From Myxococcota bacterium (GTDB lineage: Bacteria > Myxococcota_A > UBA9160 > UBA4427): a stretch of DNA of 64,000 bases. This document shows positions 29,301-38,038 of this stretch, piece after piece. The number at the start of each line of letters is the position of its first letter. Positions within the stretch are counted from its first letter, which is position 1. Location: NCBI GenBank assembly GCA_965250285.1, contig OZ252299.1, positions 5,728,001 through 5,792,000 of the forward strand, written 5' to 3'. A program made the translations under genes and the position numbers. A model generated the notes under the pieces. That model made no database searches, had not been told where the DNA came from, and worked only from the letters and a program-made list of their open reading frames with translations.

Positions 29301-29810
29301 ATCGATCCCCGAGACGATCGCTTCGTGCGTGCGGTTGCGTTGGGAGCCCACGTCTTGATGTCGCCCAAGGACGAGTACGAGGTCGCCCGCCTGTACACCG
29401 ACCCCGACTTCCGGGCTTCGGTCGAGCGGCAGTACGAAGGCGATTTCCGCATGCGGTTCCACTTCGCGCCGCCCTTGCTCTCGCGGCGCGGTGTGAGCGA
29501 CGAGCGGCCGAAGAAGTGGAGCTTCGGGGCGTGGATCCTGCCCCTGCTGCGCGCCATGGCGTTCGGTCGCCACGTGCGAGGCTCGTTCATCGATCCGCTT
29601 CGGTCGACGAGCGAACGACGGCTCGACCGCGAGCTGCTCTCCACGTTCGAGTCGCTGGTCGAAGCGGCCGAACGGGGCGCGTGCACCGAGACCCTCGATG
29701 CCTGGTCGGCGCTGCTCGAGCGGGCGATGGAGGTGCGCGGCTTCGAGCACGTGCGGCGGCGCAACGCCGAGCCGGTGCTCGCGGCGTGGCGCGAGGCGCT
29801 GGCAGGCTGA
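26349..29810 (+). CDS. single-chain indolepyruvate:ferredoxin oxidoreductase family protein
   Basis: 'SGYRGSPL', 'GLNEEIAA', 'FCSGCPHN', ThDP motif 'GDGT...N', 4Fe-4S 'CEGCGDC...C', 'GVGGTGV', 'GLAQKGG', 'KDEYEVARL'. Confidence 0.95.
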   Translation: MLMAANALDFPTAPTAPTDDEALLERKWSSPEGEVLVTGVQALVRALMMQADRDTLLGLDTGGFVSGYRGSPLAGLDQQLERAAGPLGERGIHFEPGLNEEIAATAVQGSQRVGLRAGARHDGVFGLWYGKAPGLDRATDAIRHAHATGVGRHGGVLAVVGDDHACKSSSLPSQSETLMAHLEMPVLAPSSVQEVIEHALLGWAMSRYTGGWVGLVALADLMDASAVVDVSPERSAFVLPETDARPVDGLTIRAGHDPVALEARMRHGRFDAALAFARANAIDRVIFDARRPRLVVVASGKGLAETRHVFGDLGLDAASCEAFGVRLVGVGMPWPLDAETLRGFCRGAETVLVVEEKRGFIEPQLKDALYDLADAERPRVLGKRDARGEALLPDVMELSGREIRSALERVWGDAPQPASMRSEASSAALIHLDPSPIARKPFFCSGCPHNTSTRLPEGSRAMVGIGCHYMAQWMDRAHDDVCQMGGEGVGWIGESPFTDEPHVFANLGDGTYAHSGSLAIRAAVAAKTPITFKLLFNDAVAMTGGQSVEGALDVPRLVQQLVAEGVERVVVVAEDVDRYRALPPLPARVRLEPRANLDAVQRELREIAGPTVLVYDQVCAAEKRRRRKRGLLEAPKRRLFIHEAVCEGCGDCSAASNCLSIEPVETELGRKRRIDPSSCNADETCLDGACPSFVSVIGGRVRSRATPSIDHAFEALPEPPMRDAADVTELVWAGVGGTGVTTVAALVGMASHLEGRRCSVLDMTGLAQKGGAVLSHVRIGQPGVEIHGGRVPEGGAHVLIAADAVVATSDKAMALLQRQRTHSLVDEHVSPTAAFVADPDAGIDAVDLQRRLSGVSRRLEAFDATGIAERVLGDAIGAHVLMLGFAWQRGLLPLEAASIERAIRANGVAVDANLRGFRLGRLLAVDPKRVEEWDAEGGHAPDFEAGHLDDRVAQRAAHLAAYQNRAWARRYEAWVDRARAVQARIDPRDDRFVRAVALGAHVLMSPKDEYEVARLYTDPDFRASVERQYEGDFRMRFHFAPPLLSRRGVSDERPKKWSFGAWILPLLRAMAFGRHVRGSFIDPLRSTSERRLDRELLSTFESLVEAAERGACTETLDAWSALLERAMEVRGFEHVRRRNAEPVLAAWREALAG

Positions 29811-29818
29811 GGTCGCCG

Positions 29819-29889
29819 ACTGCGCGTAGGCCACGCTCGGTCGCCAGATTGAGGCGGTCTACTGCGCGTAGGCCACGCTCGGCAGCCAG
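29819..29889. repeat. direct duplication (period 42 bp) of the dctM 3' end
   Basis: actgcgcgtaggccacgctcgg exact at 29819-29840 and 29861-29882, extending as tcgccag/cagccag. Confidence 0.88.
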
Positions 29890-31214
29890 GTGACGATCTC
29901 GGGCCAGACGAAGAGCAGCACGAGGCCGACGCCTTGCATCGCCACGAAGGGCGCGACGCCGCGGTAGAGCACCCCCACGCCGACCTCGGGCGGCGCGACC
30001 CCCTTCATGTAGAAGAGCGCGAAACCGACCGGCGGCGTGAGGAACGACGTCTGAAGGCAGACGGCGAAGAGGACGGTGAACCATACGAGGTCGAAGCCGA
30101 GCGCTTCGACCGTGGGGGCGACGAGCGGGAGTACGATCAGCGTGATCTCGATCCAGTCGAGGAAGAACCCGAGCAGGAACGTCGCGAAGAGGATGGCGGC
30201 GATCACGCCGAGCGGCGGGAAGGGCAGGCTCGCCAGCGCCCGCGAGATCAGCTCGTCGCCGCCCAGGCCGCGCAGCACCAGCGAGAACGCGGTCGCCCCG
30301 AGCAGGATCCCGAAGAGGTAGCCGGTCGTGCGGGTCGTCTCGCCGAGCACCTGACCGAGTTTGCCCTCGCCGAGGCGCCTCTTGGCGAGGGCGAGCAGCA
30401 GGGCACCTGCTGCACCGACGCCGGCCGCTTCGGTCGGCGTGGCGATCCCGAAGAAGATCGTGCCGAGCACCGAGAGGATCAGGCCGGCGGCCGGGATCAC
30501 CGATCGCGCGACGTCGCGCACGACGGTGATGTCGACCGGCGGCGCATCTTCGGGCACGGGTGCCGCGTCGGGGCGCGCCGTCGCGAAGGCGAGGATGAAC
30601 GCGACATAGAGCGAGCCGAGCAGCAGGCCGGGCAAGAGCGCGCCGAGGAAGAGATCGCCCACCGAGATCGCGAGGCGGTCGGCCATCATCACGAGCATGA
30701 TCGAGGGGGGGATCAGGATGCCGAGTGTGCCGACGGCGCAGACCGTGCCCGCGGCGAGCTCGGGCCGGTAGCCGCGTTCGAGCATCGGCGGCAGACCGAG
30801 CAGCGCGAGCAGCACGACCGAAGCGCCGACGATGCCGGTCGCGGCGGCGAGCATCATGCCGATCACGGCCACGGTGACCGCGAGGCCGCCGCGGACCCGG
30901 CCGAAGAGCCGCGCGAAGTCGTGCATCAGGTCGCCCGCCACACCCGAGCGATCGAGCAGCAGCCCCATGAAGACGAACATCGGCAGCGCGACGAGCACCC
31001 AGTTGTTCATGAGGTCGAACGACCGGTCGACGACCAGCGATGCATACGCCCAGTCGACCCCGGTATGCAGGCCCAGATCGACCTCGGCGATGATGCCGAA
31101 CGCCGTGAAGACGACGGCGAGGCCGCCGAGCACCCACGCCACCGGAAACCCGGTGAAGATCAGGGCCATGAACGAGACGAACATGGCGATGGCGAGCGCT
31201 TCACGCGCCTCCAC
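29859..31214 (-). CDS. dctM: TRAP transporter large permease
   Basis: 'ALPMFVFMG', 'GTLGILIPPS', 'TPTEAA', 'SFLTPPVG'. Confidence 0.95.
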   Translation of the reverse strand: MEAREALAIAMFVSFMALIFTGFPVAWVLGGLAVVFTAFGIIAEVDLGLHTGVDWAYASLVVDRSFDLMNNWVLVALPMFVFMGLLLDRSGVAGDLMHDFARLFGRVRGGLAVTVAVIGMMLAAATGIVGASVVLLALLGLPPMLERGYRPELAAGTVCAVGTLGILIPPSIMLVMMADRLAISVGDLFLGALLPGLLLGSLYVAFILAFATARPDAAPVPEDAPPVDITVVRDVARSVIPAAGLILSVLGTIFFGIATPTEAAGVGAAGALLLALAKRRLGEGKLGQVLGETTRTTGYLFGILLGATAFSLVLRGLGGDELISRALASLPFPPLGVIAAILFATFLLGFFLDWIEITLIVLPLVAPTVEALGFDLVWFTVLFAVCLQTSFLTPPVGFALFYMKGVAPPEVGVGVLYRGVAPFVAMQGVGLVLLFVWPEIVTWLPSVAYAQ

Positions 31215-31824
31215 GCGGAGCCTCGGGCGGCTGGGGCGGCGGCGTGCCGAAGAGGAGCGAGCCCACCCGCGTGAGTCGCGAGAGGGCCGATAGCCCGAGC
31301 AGGGCGAAGCCGGTCGGCAAGGCGGCCTTGATGAGCCAGCGAAGCGGCAGGCCGCCGGGCGAGGGTGAGATCTCGCTCTGGGCGAACGATTCGGCGACGA
31401 ACGGCAACGACGTCACGAGCACGAGCGCCACGAAGGGAAACAGCAGCAGCAGCAGGCCGTAGAGCTCGATCCAGGCGCGAGTCTCGAGCGAGAAGTGATC
31501 GCGCAGCACGTCGACGCGGATATGGGCATCGGCCTGATCCGCGACCGAGAGTCCGACGAGGAAGCCGACGGCGTAGAGATGCCACTGCAGCTCTTCGAAC
31601 TCGATGCGTCCCGAGCCGAGGACGTATCGCATCGCCACGTTCAGCACGATCACGCCGAGCAGCACGAGCCAGAGCCACGAGGCGGCGCGGCCGATCTTTG
31701 CGAGCTGTGCGTCGACGGCGCGAGAGAACCGGGTCGTCGGAAACGCGTCGGGCGGGTGCTCCATCGCCGCCACGACGTCGTCGTTCATCTCGGGTGCTGC
31801 GGAGCCGTCGCTCGCGTCGCTCAT
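31201..31824 (-). CDS. dctQ: TRAP transporter small permease
   Basis: 4 TM; 'ELQWHLY', 'HIRVDV', 'SPGGLP'. Confidence 0.93.
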   Translation of the reverse strand: MSDASDGSAAPEMNDDVVAAMEHPPDAFPTTRFSRAVDAQLAKIGRAASWLWLVLLGVIVLNVAMRYVLGSGRIEFEELQWHLYAVGFLVGLSVADQADAHIRVDVLRDHFSLETRAWIELYGLLLLLFPFVALVLVTSLPFVAESFAQSEISPSPGGLPLRWLIKAALPTGFALLGLSALSRLTRVGSLLFGTPPPQPPEAPRGGA

Positions 31825-33044
31825 CGCGGCCCCGTCGCATCGTCGGCGCTTCGCTCGGCTCCGCCGGGGCGGGGTGAACCGCTGGAGCGTGGTGGATAAG
31901 CGAGCGCGCGCCAGCGATCGTGGTCGACCGCGAACGCGCGCTGCGAGGCGAGCACGCGCGCGAAGTCGGCGTCGGCCGCGGCCTCCTCTTCGAGCACCTC
32001 GTCACTCACGCGCCGCAGCTCCTGCTGCACGTCTTCGGGCAGCTCACGCAGATGAACGCCCTTCGCCGCCTGGCCCTCGAGCACTGGGCCCTGGATCGCT
32101 TCAGCACGGGCGAGATTGCGAAGCACCGAGCTCGTGCAAGCGGTCTCGATCAGCGCCTGGTCGGCTGCGGCGAGCGCGTCGAAGCGCTCGGTGTTCACGA
32201 CCAGGTGAAACGCGCTGAACGGCTGATGCCAGCCGGGGAAGTAGTTGTACTTCGCGATGCGATCGAAGCCGAGCCGCTCGTCGACCACGGGCAGCGAGAA
32301 CTCGGTCGCATCGATCGCCCCCTTCTCGAGCGCCTGAAAGATCTCGCCGCCCGGCAGCATCGTCACCGACGCGCCGAGTCGCTGCATCACCTTGCCGCCG
32401 ATGCCCGCGAATCGGATCTTGAGGCCGACGACGTCGTCGAGCGTCACGATCTCTTCGCGAAACCAGCCGGCCGTCTCGGGGCCGATGAGACCACAGAGGA
32501 TCGGGCGAATGCCGAGCGGCGCGTAGATCTCGTCGGCGAGCGCGCTTCCGCCGCCTTCGTACCACCAGGCCGCGAAGCCGATGGGCTCGAGCCCAAACGG
32601 CACGGCCCCGAACAGCACCGATGCGGGCAGCTTGCCCTGGTCGTAGCCGAGCCACGTGTAGCCGGCCGCGGTCTTGTCGGCGCGCACCGCGTCGACGATC
32701 TGGAACGGCGGTACCAGGGTGCCGGGCTCGAAGACCTCGAGTCGAATGCGCCCGCCCGAGGCGTCGGCGACGGCGTTCTGCAGATCGAGTGCGTTGTCGC
32801 CCAGGGCCGGGAGGTTGGTCGAGAACGCCACCGGCATGCGCCATCGCACGGTCTCGCCGTTCGCGCCCTCTGCGTGGGTCGATTCGACGCGCGTGGCCGG
32901 TCGCAGCGCCAGCGACACGATGGTGCCGACGACGAACGCCGCGGCGACGGCGATCACCGCGGCCCGGTTCGAAACGCCCCGGGTGCGCTCGTTGGTTCGA
33001 TCCGGCTCGGCCGGCATGCCTGTCCCCGCCGCAGCGGGCCGCAT
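31821..33044 (-). CDS. dctP: TRAP substrate-binding protein (TakP-like); start uncertain
   Basis: 'GLKIRFAG', 'GEIFQALEKGAIDATEF', 'YFPGWHQP'. Confidence 0.93.
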   Translation of the reverse strand: MRPAAAGTGMPAEPDRTNERTRGVSNRAAVIAVAAAFVVGTIVSLALRPATRVESTHAEGANGETVRWRMPVAFSTNLPALGDNALDLQNAVADASGGRIRLEVFEPGTLVPPFQIVDAVRADKTAAGYTWLGYDQGKLPASVLFGAVPFGLEPIGFAAWWYEGGGSALADEIYAPLGIRPILCGLIGPETAGWFREEIVTLDDVVGLKIRFAGIGGKVMQRLGASVTMLPGGEIFQALEKGAIDATEFSLPVVDERLGFDRIAKYNYFPGWHQPFSAFHLVVNTERFDALAAADQALIETACTSSVLRNLARAEAIQGPVLEGQAAKGVHLRELPEDVQQELRRVSDEVLEEEAAADADFARVLASQRAFAVDHDRWRALAYPPRSSGSPRPGGAERSADDATGPR

Positions 33045-33091
33045 GCCCGCGCGGGTTCAGTCTACCGGGGATCGCGGGGCGCGGGGGTGCC

Positions 33092-34105
33092 TCAGGCCGC
33101 TTCGCGCAGCGGCTCGGGGGCGTCGCTTCGGCGCGCGTAGGCCCGCGCCGGCGGCTGCTTGAGATCCCACACGAGGCCGAGCTTCGAGAGGCCGAGCAGC
33201 ACGTAGTAGGTGATGTCGACCTCCCACCAGAAGAAGCCCTGGCGGGTCGAGCTCTGGTGGTAGTGATGGTTGTTGTGCCAGCCCTCACCGAGGGTCAGCA
33301 ACGCGAGGAGCCAGCTGTTGCGGCTGTCATCGCCCGTTTCGTAGCGCACGCGCCCGAGTCGGTGGGCGAGCGAATTGATGCAGTACGTCGCGTGCCAGAG
33401 CAGCACGGTCGAGACGACCATGCCCCAGACGAGGCCCGAGAAGCCGCCGATCGAGAAGCACGCGAAAGCCCAGAGGAGCGGCGGGACGAAGTGGTACTTG
33501 TTCAGCCAGACGAGCTCGGGGTAGCGCGCGAGATCGCGCACCTGATCCATCCGCGTGTCGTCCCACCGACCGTCGAAGATCCAGCCCTGATGCGCATGCC
33601 AGAAGCCCTTGCGGGGCGAGTGCGGATCGAGCTCGGTATCGGAGTGGCGATGGTGCAGGCGGTGGACGCCGGCCCACCAGAGCGGGCCCTTCTGCACGGC
33701 GGAAGCCCCGATCACGCCGAGGAGGAACTGGAACGGGCGGCTCGTCTTGTACGTTCGATGCGAGAAGTAGCGGTGGTACGCGCCGGTGATGCCGAACATC
33801 CGCACCCAGAACGCGCCGAGGCAGAGAGCGAGGTCGGTCGCGTCGACACCGGTGTACAGCACGAAGAGCGCCGATGCGTGGATGCCCCAGTAGACTGCGT
33901 TCGACACCGCGCGCTCGCGGCGGCCGTCGAATTCGATGCGGTCCGGCGGATCGGCCGGCGCGATCGACTCGACCGCAGCGAAGGTGCCGGGTGCGTCGAC
34001 TCCACTCGGCTCGGGTGCCGAGGTCGCTGCGAGGCGCTCGAGGCTCACCGGGCCTTCGTGCTCCTCGACCTCGAAGTGACCGCGGCTCTGCGGGCTGTCG
34101 CTCAT
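33092..34105 (-). CDS. acyl-CoA/acyl-lipid delta-9 desaturase
   Basis: His boxes HRYFSH, HRLHH, HNNHH; 'GEGWHNNHH'; start MSDSPQ with GAGGAG. Confidence 0.95.
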   Translation of the reverse strand: MSDSPQSRGHFEVEEHEGPVSLERLAATSAPEPSGVDAPGTFAAVESIAPADPPDRIEFDGRRERAVSNAVYWGIHASALFVLYTGVDATDLALCLGAFWVRMFGITGAYHRYFSHRTYKTSRPFQFLLGVIGASAVQKGPLWWAGVHRLHHRHSDTELDPHSPRKGFWHAHQGWIFDGRWDDTRMDQVRDLARYPELVWLNKYHFVPPLLWAFACFSIGGFSGLVWGMVVSTVLLWHATYCINSLAHRLGRVRYETGDDSRNSWLLALLTLGEGWHNNHHYHQSSTRQGFFWWEVDITYYVLLGLSKLGLVWDLKQPPARAYARRSDAPEPLREAA

Positions 34106-34195
34106 CAGGGCTCCTCGCACACGGGGGGTGGGCGCCGGGATCGAACACCCTACGAGCTGCTTCGGAAGAACGCGCATGCGGCGCGGTCAAAATTC

Positions 34196-34228
34196 TGTAA
34201 AACCCTGCAAAATCAGGGCTTTTTTACA
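34196..34228. promoter_or_regulatory. AT-rich imperfect inverted repeat (candidate operator) between divergent genes
   Basis: tgtaaaaccctg-caaaat-cagggcttttttaca. Confidence 0.5.
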
Positions 34229-34370
34229 CTTCTCGCACACGCGTGTCGCACCGGGTGAGGCCTTCGCCACGCGGTGATCTCGGGACGCGCCGGCGCGTGC
34301 AGCGCGTGTTCTATCGTCGGCCGTCACCCCGACCGCGCTGGGCGGCTCGGGCAAACGAGAAGGGTGCGCC

Positions 34371-35348
34371 ATGAAGGTCGTCGTCTGCAGAGAGCTCGCG
34401 CCGCCGGAGAAGCTCGTCGTCGAGGAGTGGCCCGATCTCGATGCGACGCCCGATGGCGTGGTGATCGACGTCCACGCGTGCGGTCTCAACTTCGTCGACA
34501 CGCTGATGATCCAGGGCCAGTACCAGATTCGACCCGAGCCGCCCTTCGTGCCCGGCAGTGAGGTGGCGGGGGTCGTGGCGAAGGTCGGCGCCGACGTCCG
34601 AGACGCGAAGGTCGGCGACCGGGTGCTCTTCATGTGCGGCATGAACGGCTTCGCCGAGCAGGTGGTTGCGCCGTCGAAGCGACTCATCCATCTGCCGGAT
34701 GGTCTCGCCTTCGCGCCGGCGACGGCGTTGATGCAGAGCTACTGCACGGCGCTGCATGCGTTGCAGACGCGGGGCGATATCGCAGAGGGTGAGACCGTGC
34801 TCGTGCTCGGCGCCGCGGGCGGCGTCGGCAGCGCCGCGATCGACGTGGCGACCGCGTTCGGCGCGAAGGTCATCGCGGCCTGCGGGAGCGAAGAGAAGGT
34901 GCAGGCGTGCCTCGATCGGGGTGCCTTCGCCGGCGTCGACTACTCGAAGGAAGACCTGAAGAAGCGCGTGAAGGAGATCGCGCCCGGCGGCGTCGACATC
35001 GTCTACGACCCGATCGGCGATCGCTACGCCGATCCCGCGCTGCGCACCCTCGGCTTCGGGGGTCGCTATCTCGTGATCGGCTTCGCGGCCGGCGAGATCC
35101 CGGCGGTGCCCTTCAACCTGATGCTGCTCAAGCAGTGTCAGGTCGTCGGTGTCAACTGGGGCGGATGGGCCAGCGCGCATCCTCAGGAGAACGCCCAGCT
35201 CTTCGACCAGCTGCTCGCGCTCTACGAGCAGGGCAAGATCGATCCGCCGACGCCCCAGTCGTGGCGGCTCGACGACGCCAGCGACGCGCTGCGCGCGCTG
35301 ATGGACCGCAAGGTGATCGGCAAGGGCGCGCTCGTGATGCGCGACTGA
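34371..35348 (+). CDS. NADPH:quinone oxidoreductase family (zeta-crystallin-like MDR)
   Basis: 'PFVPGSEVAG', 'LVLGAAGGVG', 'VIGFAAG', 'RKVIGK'. Confidence 0.94.
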   Translation: MKVVVCRELAPPEKLVVEEWPDLDATPDGVVIDVHACGLNFVDTLMIQGQYQIRPEPPFVPGSEVAGVVAKVGADVRDAKVGDRVLFMCGMNGFAEQVVAPSKRLIHLPDGLAFAPATALMQSYCTALHALQTRGDIAEGETVLVLGAAGGVGSAAIDVATAFGAKVIAACGSEEKVQACLDRGAFAGVDYSKEDLKKRVKEIAPGGVDIVYDPIGDRYADPALRTLGFGGRYLVIGFAAGEIPAVPFNLMLLKQCQVVGVNWGGWASAHPQENAQLFDQLLALYEQGKIDPPTPQSWRLDDASDALRALMDRKVIGKGALVMRD

Positions 35349-35399
35349 CCCGATTCGTCCCGAACCTCCTTCCCCACCGCGCCCGATTCGAGACCCCGC

Positions 35400-36107
35400 A
35401 TGAGCGAAGAAGACGACCGCCGAAAGGCTTTCTTCGAGAGCCGCTTCGATACCACCAAGCACACCGGCGCCGAGAAGTGGGCCGAGAAGCGACGTCTGGC
35501 GAACGCCATGCGACTCGTCATCGAGCGCCTGGTGCCGAGTGATGCGCCCGAGGATGAGCTGCGCACGGCCGCCGATGCCCTCGAACGCTACGCCGAGCAG
35601 CTCAAGTCGCATGCGCGTCTCAAGCGCATGTCGGGGCACGCCGAGAGCGCCAACGCCGGGGACGTCGGGGCGTTCTTCGACCAGAGTCCGCTGATCGGGC
35701 TCGCCAACCCGCTCGCCCCGCCGATCGAGATGGGCAAGACGAGCGACACGACCGCTTCGGGCTTCGTGACCTTCGGCTCGGCGTACGAAGGCCCGCCCGG
35801 CTCGGTGCACGGCGGCTTCGTCGCCGCCGCGTTCGACGAAGTGCTCGGCTTCGTGCAGTCGCTCTCGGGCCGCGGTGGATTCACGGGCACGCTGACGATC
35901 CGCTACCGCAAGCCCACGCCGCTGCACACCGAGCTGCGATTCGATGGGCAGCTCACGGGCACCGAAGGGCGCAAGATCTTCTGTGAGGGACAGCTGTTCG
36001 CGGGCGACATGCTCTGCGCCGAGGCCGACGGCATCTTCGTCACCGTGGACGAGGAGCGCTGGGAGGCGCTCGAGAAGAAGCGCGAAGAGATGGAGAAGAC
36101 GCTCTAG
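35400..36107 (+). CDS. PaaI/THEM4-like thioesterase
   Basis: 'NPLAPP', 'EGPPGSVHGG', 'DEVLG', 'TIRYRKPTPL'. Confidence 0.92.
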   Translation: MSEEDDRRKAFFESRFDTTKHTGAEKWAEKRRLANAMRLVIERLVPSDAPEDELRTAADALERYAEQLKSHARLKRMSGHAESANAGDVGAFFDQSPLIGLANPLAPPIEMGKTSDTTASGFVTFGSAYEGPPGSVHGGFVAAAFDEVLGFVQSLSGRGGFTGTLTIRYRKPTPLHTELRFDGQLTGTEGRKIFCEGQLFAGDMLCAEADGIFVTVDEERWEALEKKREEMEKTL

Positions 36108-36130
36108 GGCACCTCTGCCCGGTCCGCGCG

Positions 36131-36663
36131 GTGCCAGGGCCGGGGCAGGCGGGGGCACCGTGCTCAGACATTCTCGGCGCGACCTGTCTGGGAAGCTCGT
36201 TTGTTGCGCCCGTCGCGCCTGCGAACTGCGCGCGGTACCCCCGCCTGCCCCGGCCTCGAGAGGCTGTGCCAGGGCGGGGGCAGGCGGGGGCACCGTGCTC
36301 AGACATTCTCGGCGCGACCTGTCTGGGAAGCTCGTTTGTTGCGCCCGTCGCGCCTGCGAACTGCGCGCGGTCCCCCCGCCTGCCCCGGCCTCGAGAGGCT
36401 GTGCCAGGGCGGGGGCAGGCGGGGGCACCGTGCTCAGACATTCTCGGCGCGACCTGTCTGGGAAGCTCGTTTGTTGCGCCCGTCGCGCCTGCGAACTGCG
36501 CGCGGTCCCCCCGCCTGCCCCGGCCTCGAGAGGCTGTGCCAGGGCCGGGGCAGGCGGGGGCACCGTGCTCGGACATTCTCGGCGCGACCTGCCTTGGAAG
36601 CTCGTTTGTTGCGCCCGTCGCGCCTGCGAACTGCGCGCGGTACCCCCGCCTGCCCCGGCCTCG
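36131..36663. repeat. 4 x 135 bp tandem array of structured palindromic units (REP/MITE-like or ncRNA)
   Basis: Units start at 36131, 36266, 36401, 36536; each has 18-bp terminal inverted repeats ggccggggcaggcggggg/cccccgcctgccccggcc (one mismatch in copies 2-3) and two internal hairpins. Confidence 0.95.
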
Positions 36664-36900
36664 GGACGCTTCGGTGGGTGCGCAGCACTCGCTTCCGGTG
36701 GCGTCGGTTTGGGTCGCGTCGCGGCGCGTGCGTGGGCGAGTTCTGCAGAGCGTTCCACTCCTCCTCTCCCTCATGACTTCGCGTGGCTTCCCGGGCAAGG
36801 CACGCCGGCGGGGCGTTGCGACTGGGCGCTACCGTCTGCTGTCGAGTGTGGCGCTGCTCTGCGCCCGCGACGCGCCTGATCGAGGCCCGAGGAGAGACCC

Positions 36901-38022
36901 ATGCGCACCGAACTCTGTGAGAAGCTCGGCATCGAGTTCCCCATCTTCGCGTTCACGCACTGCCGCGACGTGGCCGCCGCCGTCAGCAACGCAGGCGGCC
37001 TCGGCGTGCTCGGTGCGGTCGGCTTCTCGGCCGAGCAGCTCGCCATCGAGCTCGACTGGATCGATGACCACGTCGGCGACAAGCCCTATGGCGTCGACAT
37101 CGTGATCCCCGGCAAGTACGAAGGGAAGGGCGAGTCGGATGTGGGCAAGCTCGAGAAGCAGCTGCGCGACATGGTGCCCGACGAACACCGCGCCTTCGCG
37201 AAGCAGCTGCTGGCCGATCATGGCGTGCCCGAGCTGCCCGACGGCGAGGAGGCCCGTGAGCTGCTCGGGTGGACCGCCGCCACCGCGGGGCCGCTCGTCG
37301 AGACGACGCTCAAGCACGACAAGGTCAAGCTCGTCGCAAACGCGCTCGGGACGCCGCCCGCCGACGTCGTGGCCGACATTCAGGCCACGGGCCGGCTCGT
37401 TGGAGCACTCTGCGGCAGCGTCAAGCACGCCAAGGCGCATCAGGCGGCCGGCCTCGACTTCATCATTGCGCAGGGGTCCGAGGGGGGCGGTCACACCGGC
37501 GAGGTCGGCTCGATCGTGCTGTGGCCCCAGATCATCGACGCCGTCGCGCCGCTGCCCGTGCTCGCCGCCGGTGGCATCGGCAGCGGACGCCAGATGGCGG
37601 CCGCCATGGCGCTGGGGGCCGCGGGTGCGTGGACGGGCTCGATCTGGCTGACGGTCGAAGAGGCCGAGGCCGAGGCGGCCGAGAAGCAGTCGTACTTCGA
37701 TGCGACGAGCAACGACACCGTGCGCTCCCGGTCGTACACGGGCAAGCCCTGTCGCATGCTGAAGAACGACTGGACCGAGGCGTGGGCGTCGAGCGAGACG
37801 CCCGACCCGCTCGGCATGCCGCTGCAGTTCATGGTGACGGCCGACGCCGTGTCGCGGACGCACCGCTACGCCGACAAGGCGCAGAAGGTCGCGTTCAACC
37901 CCGTCGGTCAGATCGTCGGCGTCATGAACGAGCAGAACTCGGTGCGCGACGTCGTTCAGCAGATGGTCGAGGAGTACGTCGACGCGATGGACCGCGTCAA
38001 TGCGCTGAACGAGAGCGCTTGA
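36901..38022 (+). CDS. nitronate monooxygenase / FabK-like flavin oxidoreductase
   Basis: 'AVSNAGGLGVLG', 'QGSEGGGHTG', 'LAAGGIGSG'. Confidence 0.93.
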   Translation: MRTELCEKLGIEFPIFAFTHCRDVAAAVSNAGGLGVLGAVGFSAEQLAIELDWIDDHVGDKPYGVDIVIPGKYEGKGESDVGKLEKQLRDMVPDEHRAFAKQLLADHGVPELPDGEEARELLGWTAATAGPLVETTLKHDKVKLVANALGTPPADVVADIQATGRLVGALCGSVKHAKAHQAAGLDFIIAQGSEGGGHTGEVGSIVLWPQIIDAVAPLPVLAAGGIGSGRQMAAAMALGAAGAWTGSIWLTVEEAEAEAAEKQSYFDATSNDTVRSRSYTGKPCRMLKNDWTEAWASSETPDPLGMPLQFMVTADAVSRTHRYADKAQKVAFNPVGQIVGVMNEQNSVRDVVQQMVEEYVDAMDRVNALNESA

Positions 38023-38038
38023 TCAGACGACCGCTGGT

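Noticed and set aside
36131..36663. CRISPR or guide-RNA array interpretation of the 135-bp repeats
   Set aside because: Units are nearly identical end to end with no unique spacers, and no cas or nuclease gene is adjacent
34311..37105. Long ORFs running through the 135-bp array (e.g. 34311-36758 -, 35944-36879 +, 36131-37105 +)
   Set aside because: Open only because the unit length is a multiple of 3 and GC-rich; they overlap real genes and give low-complexity translations
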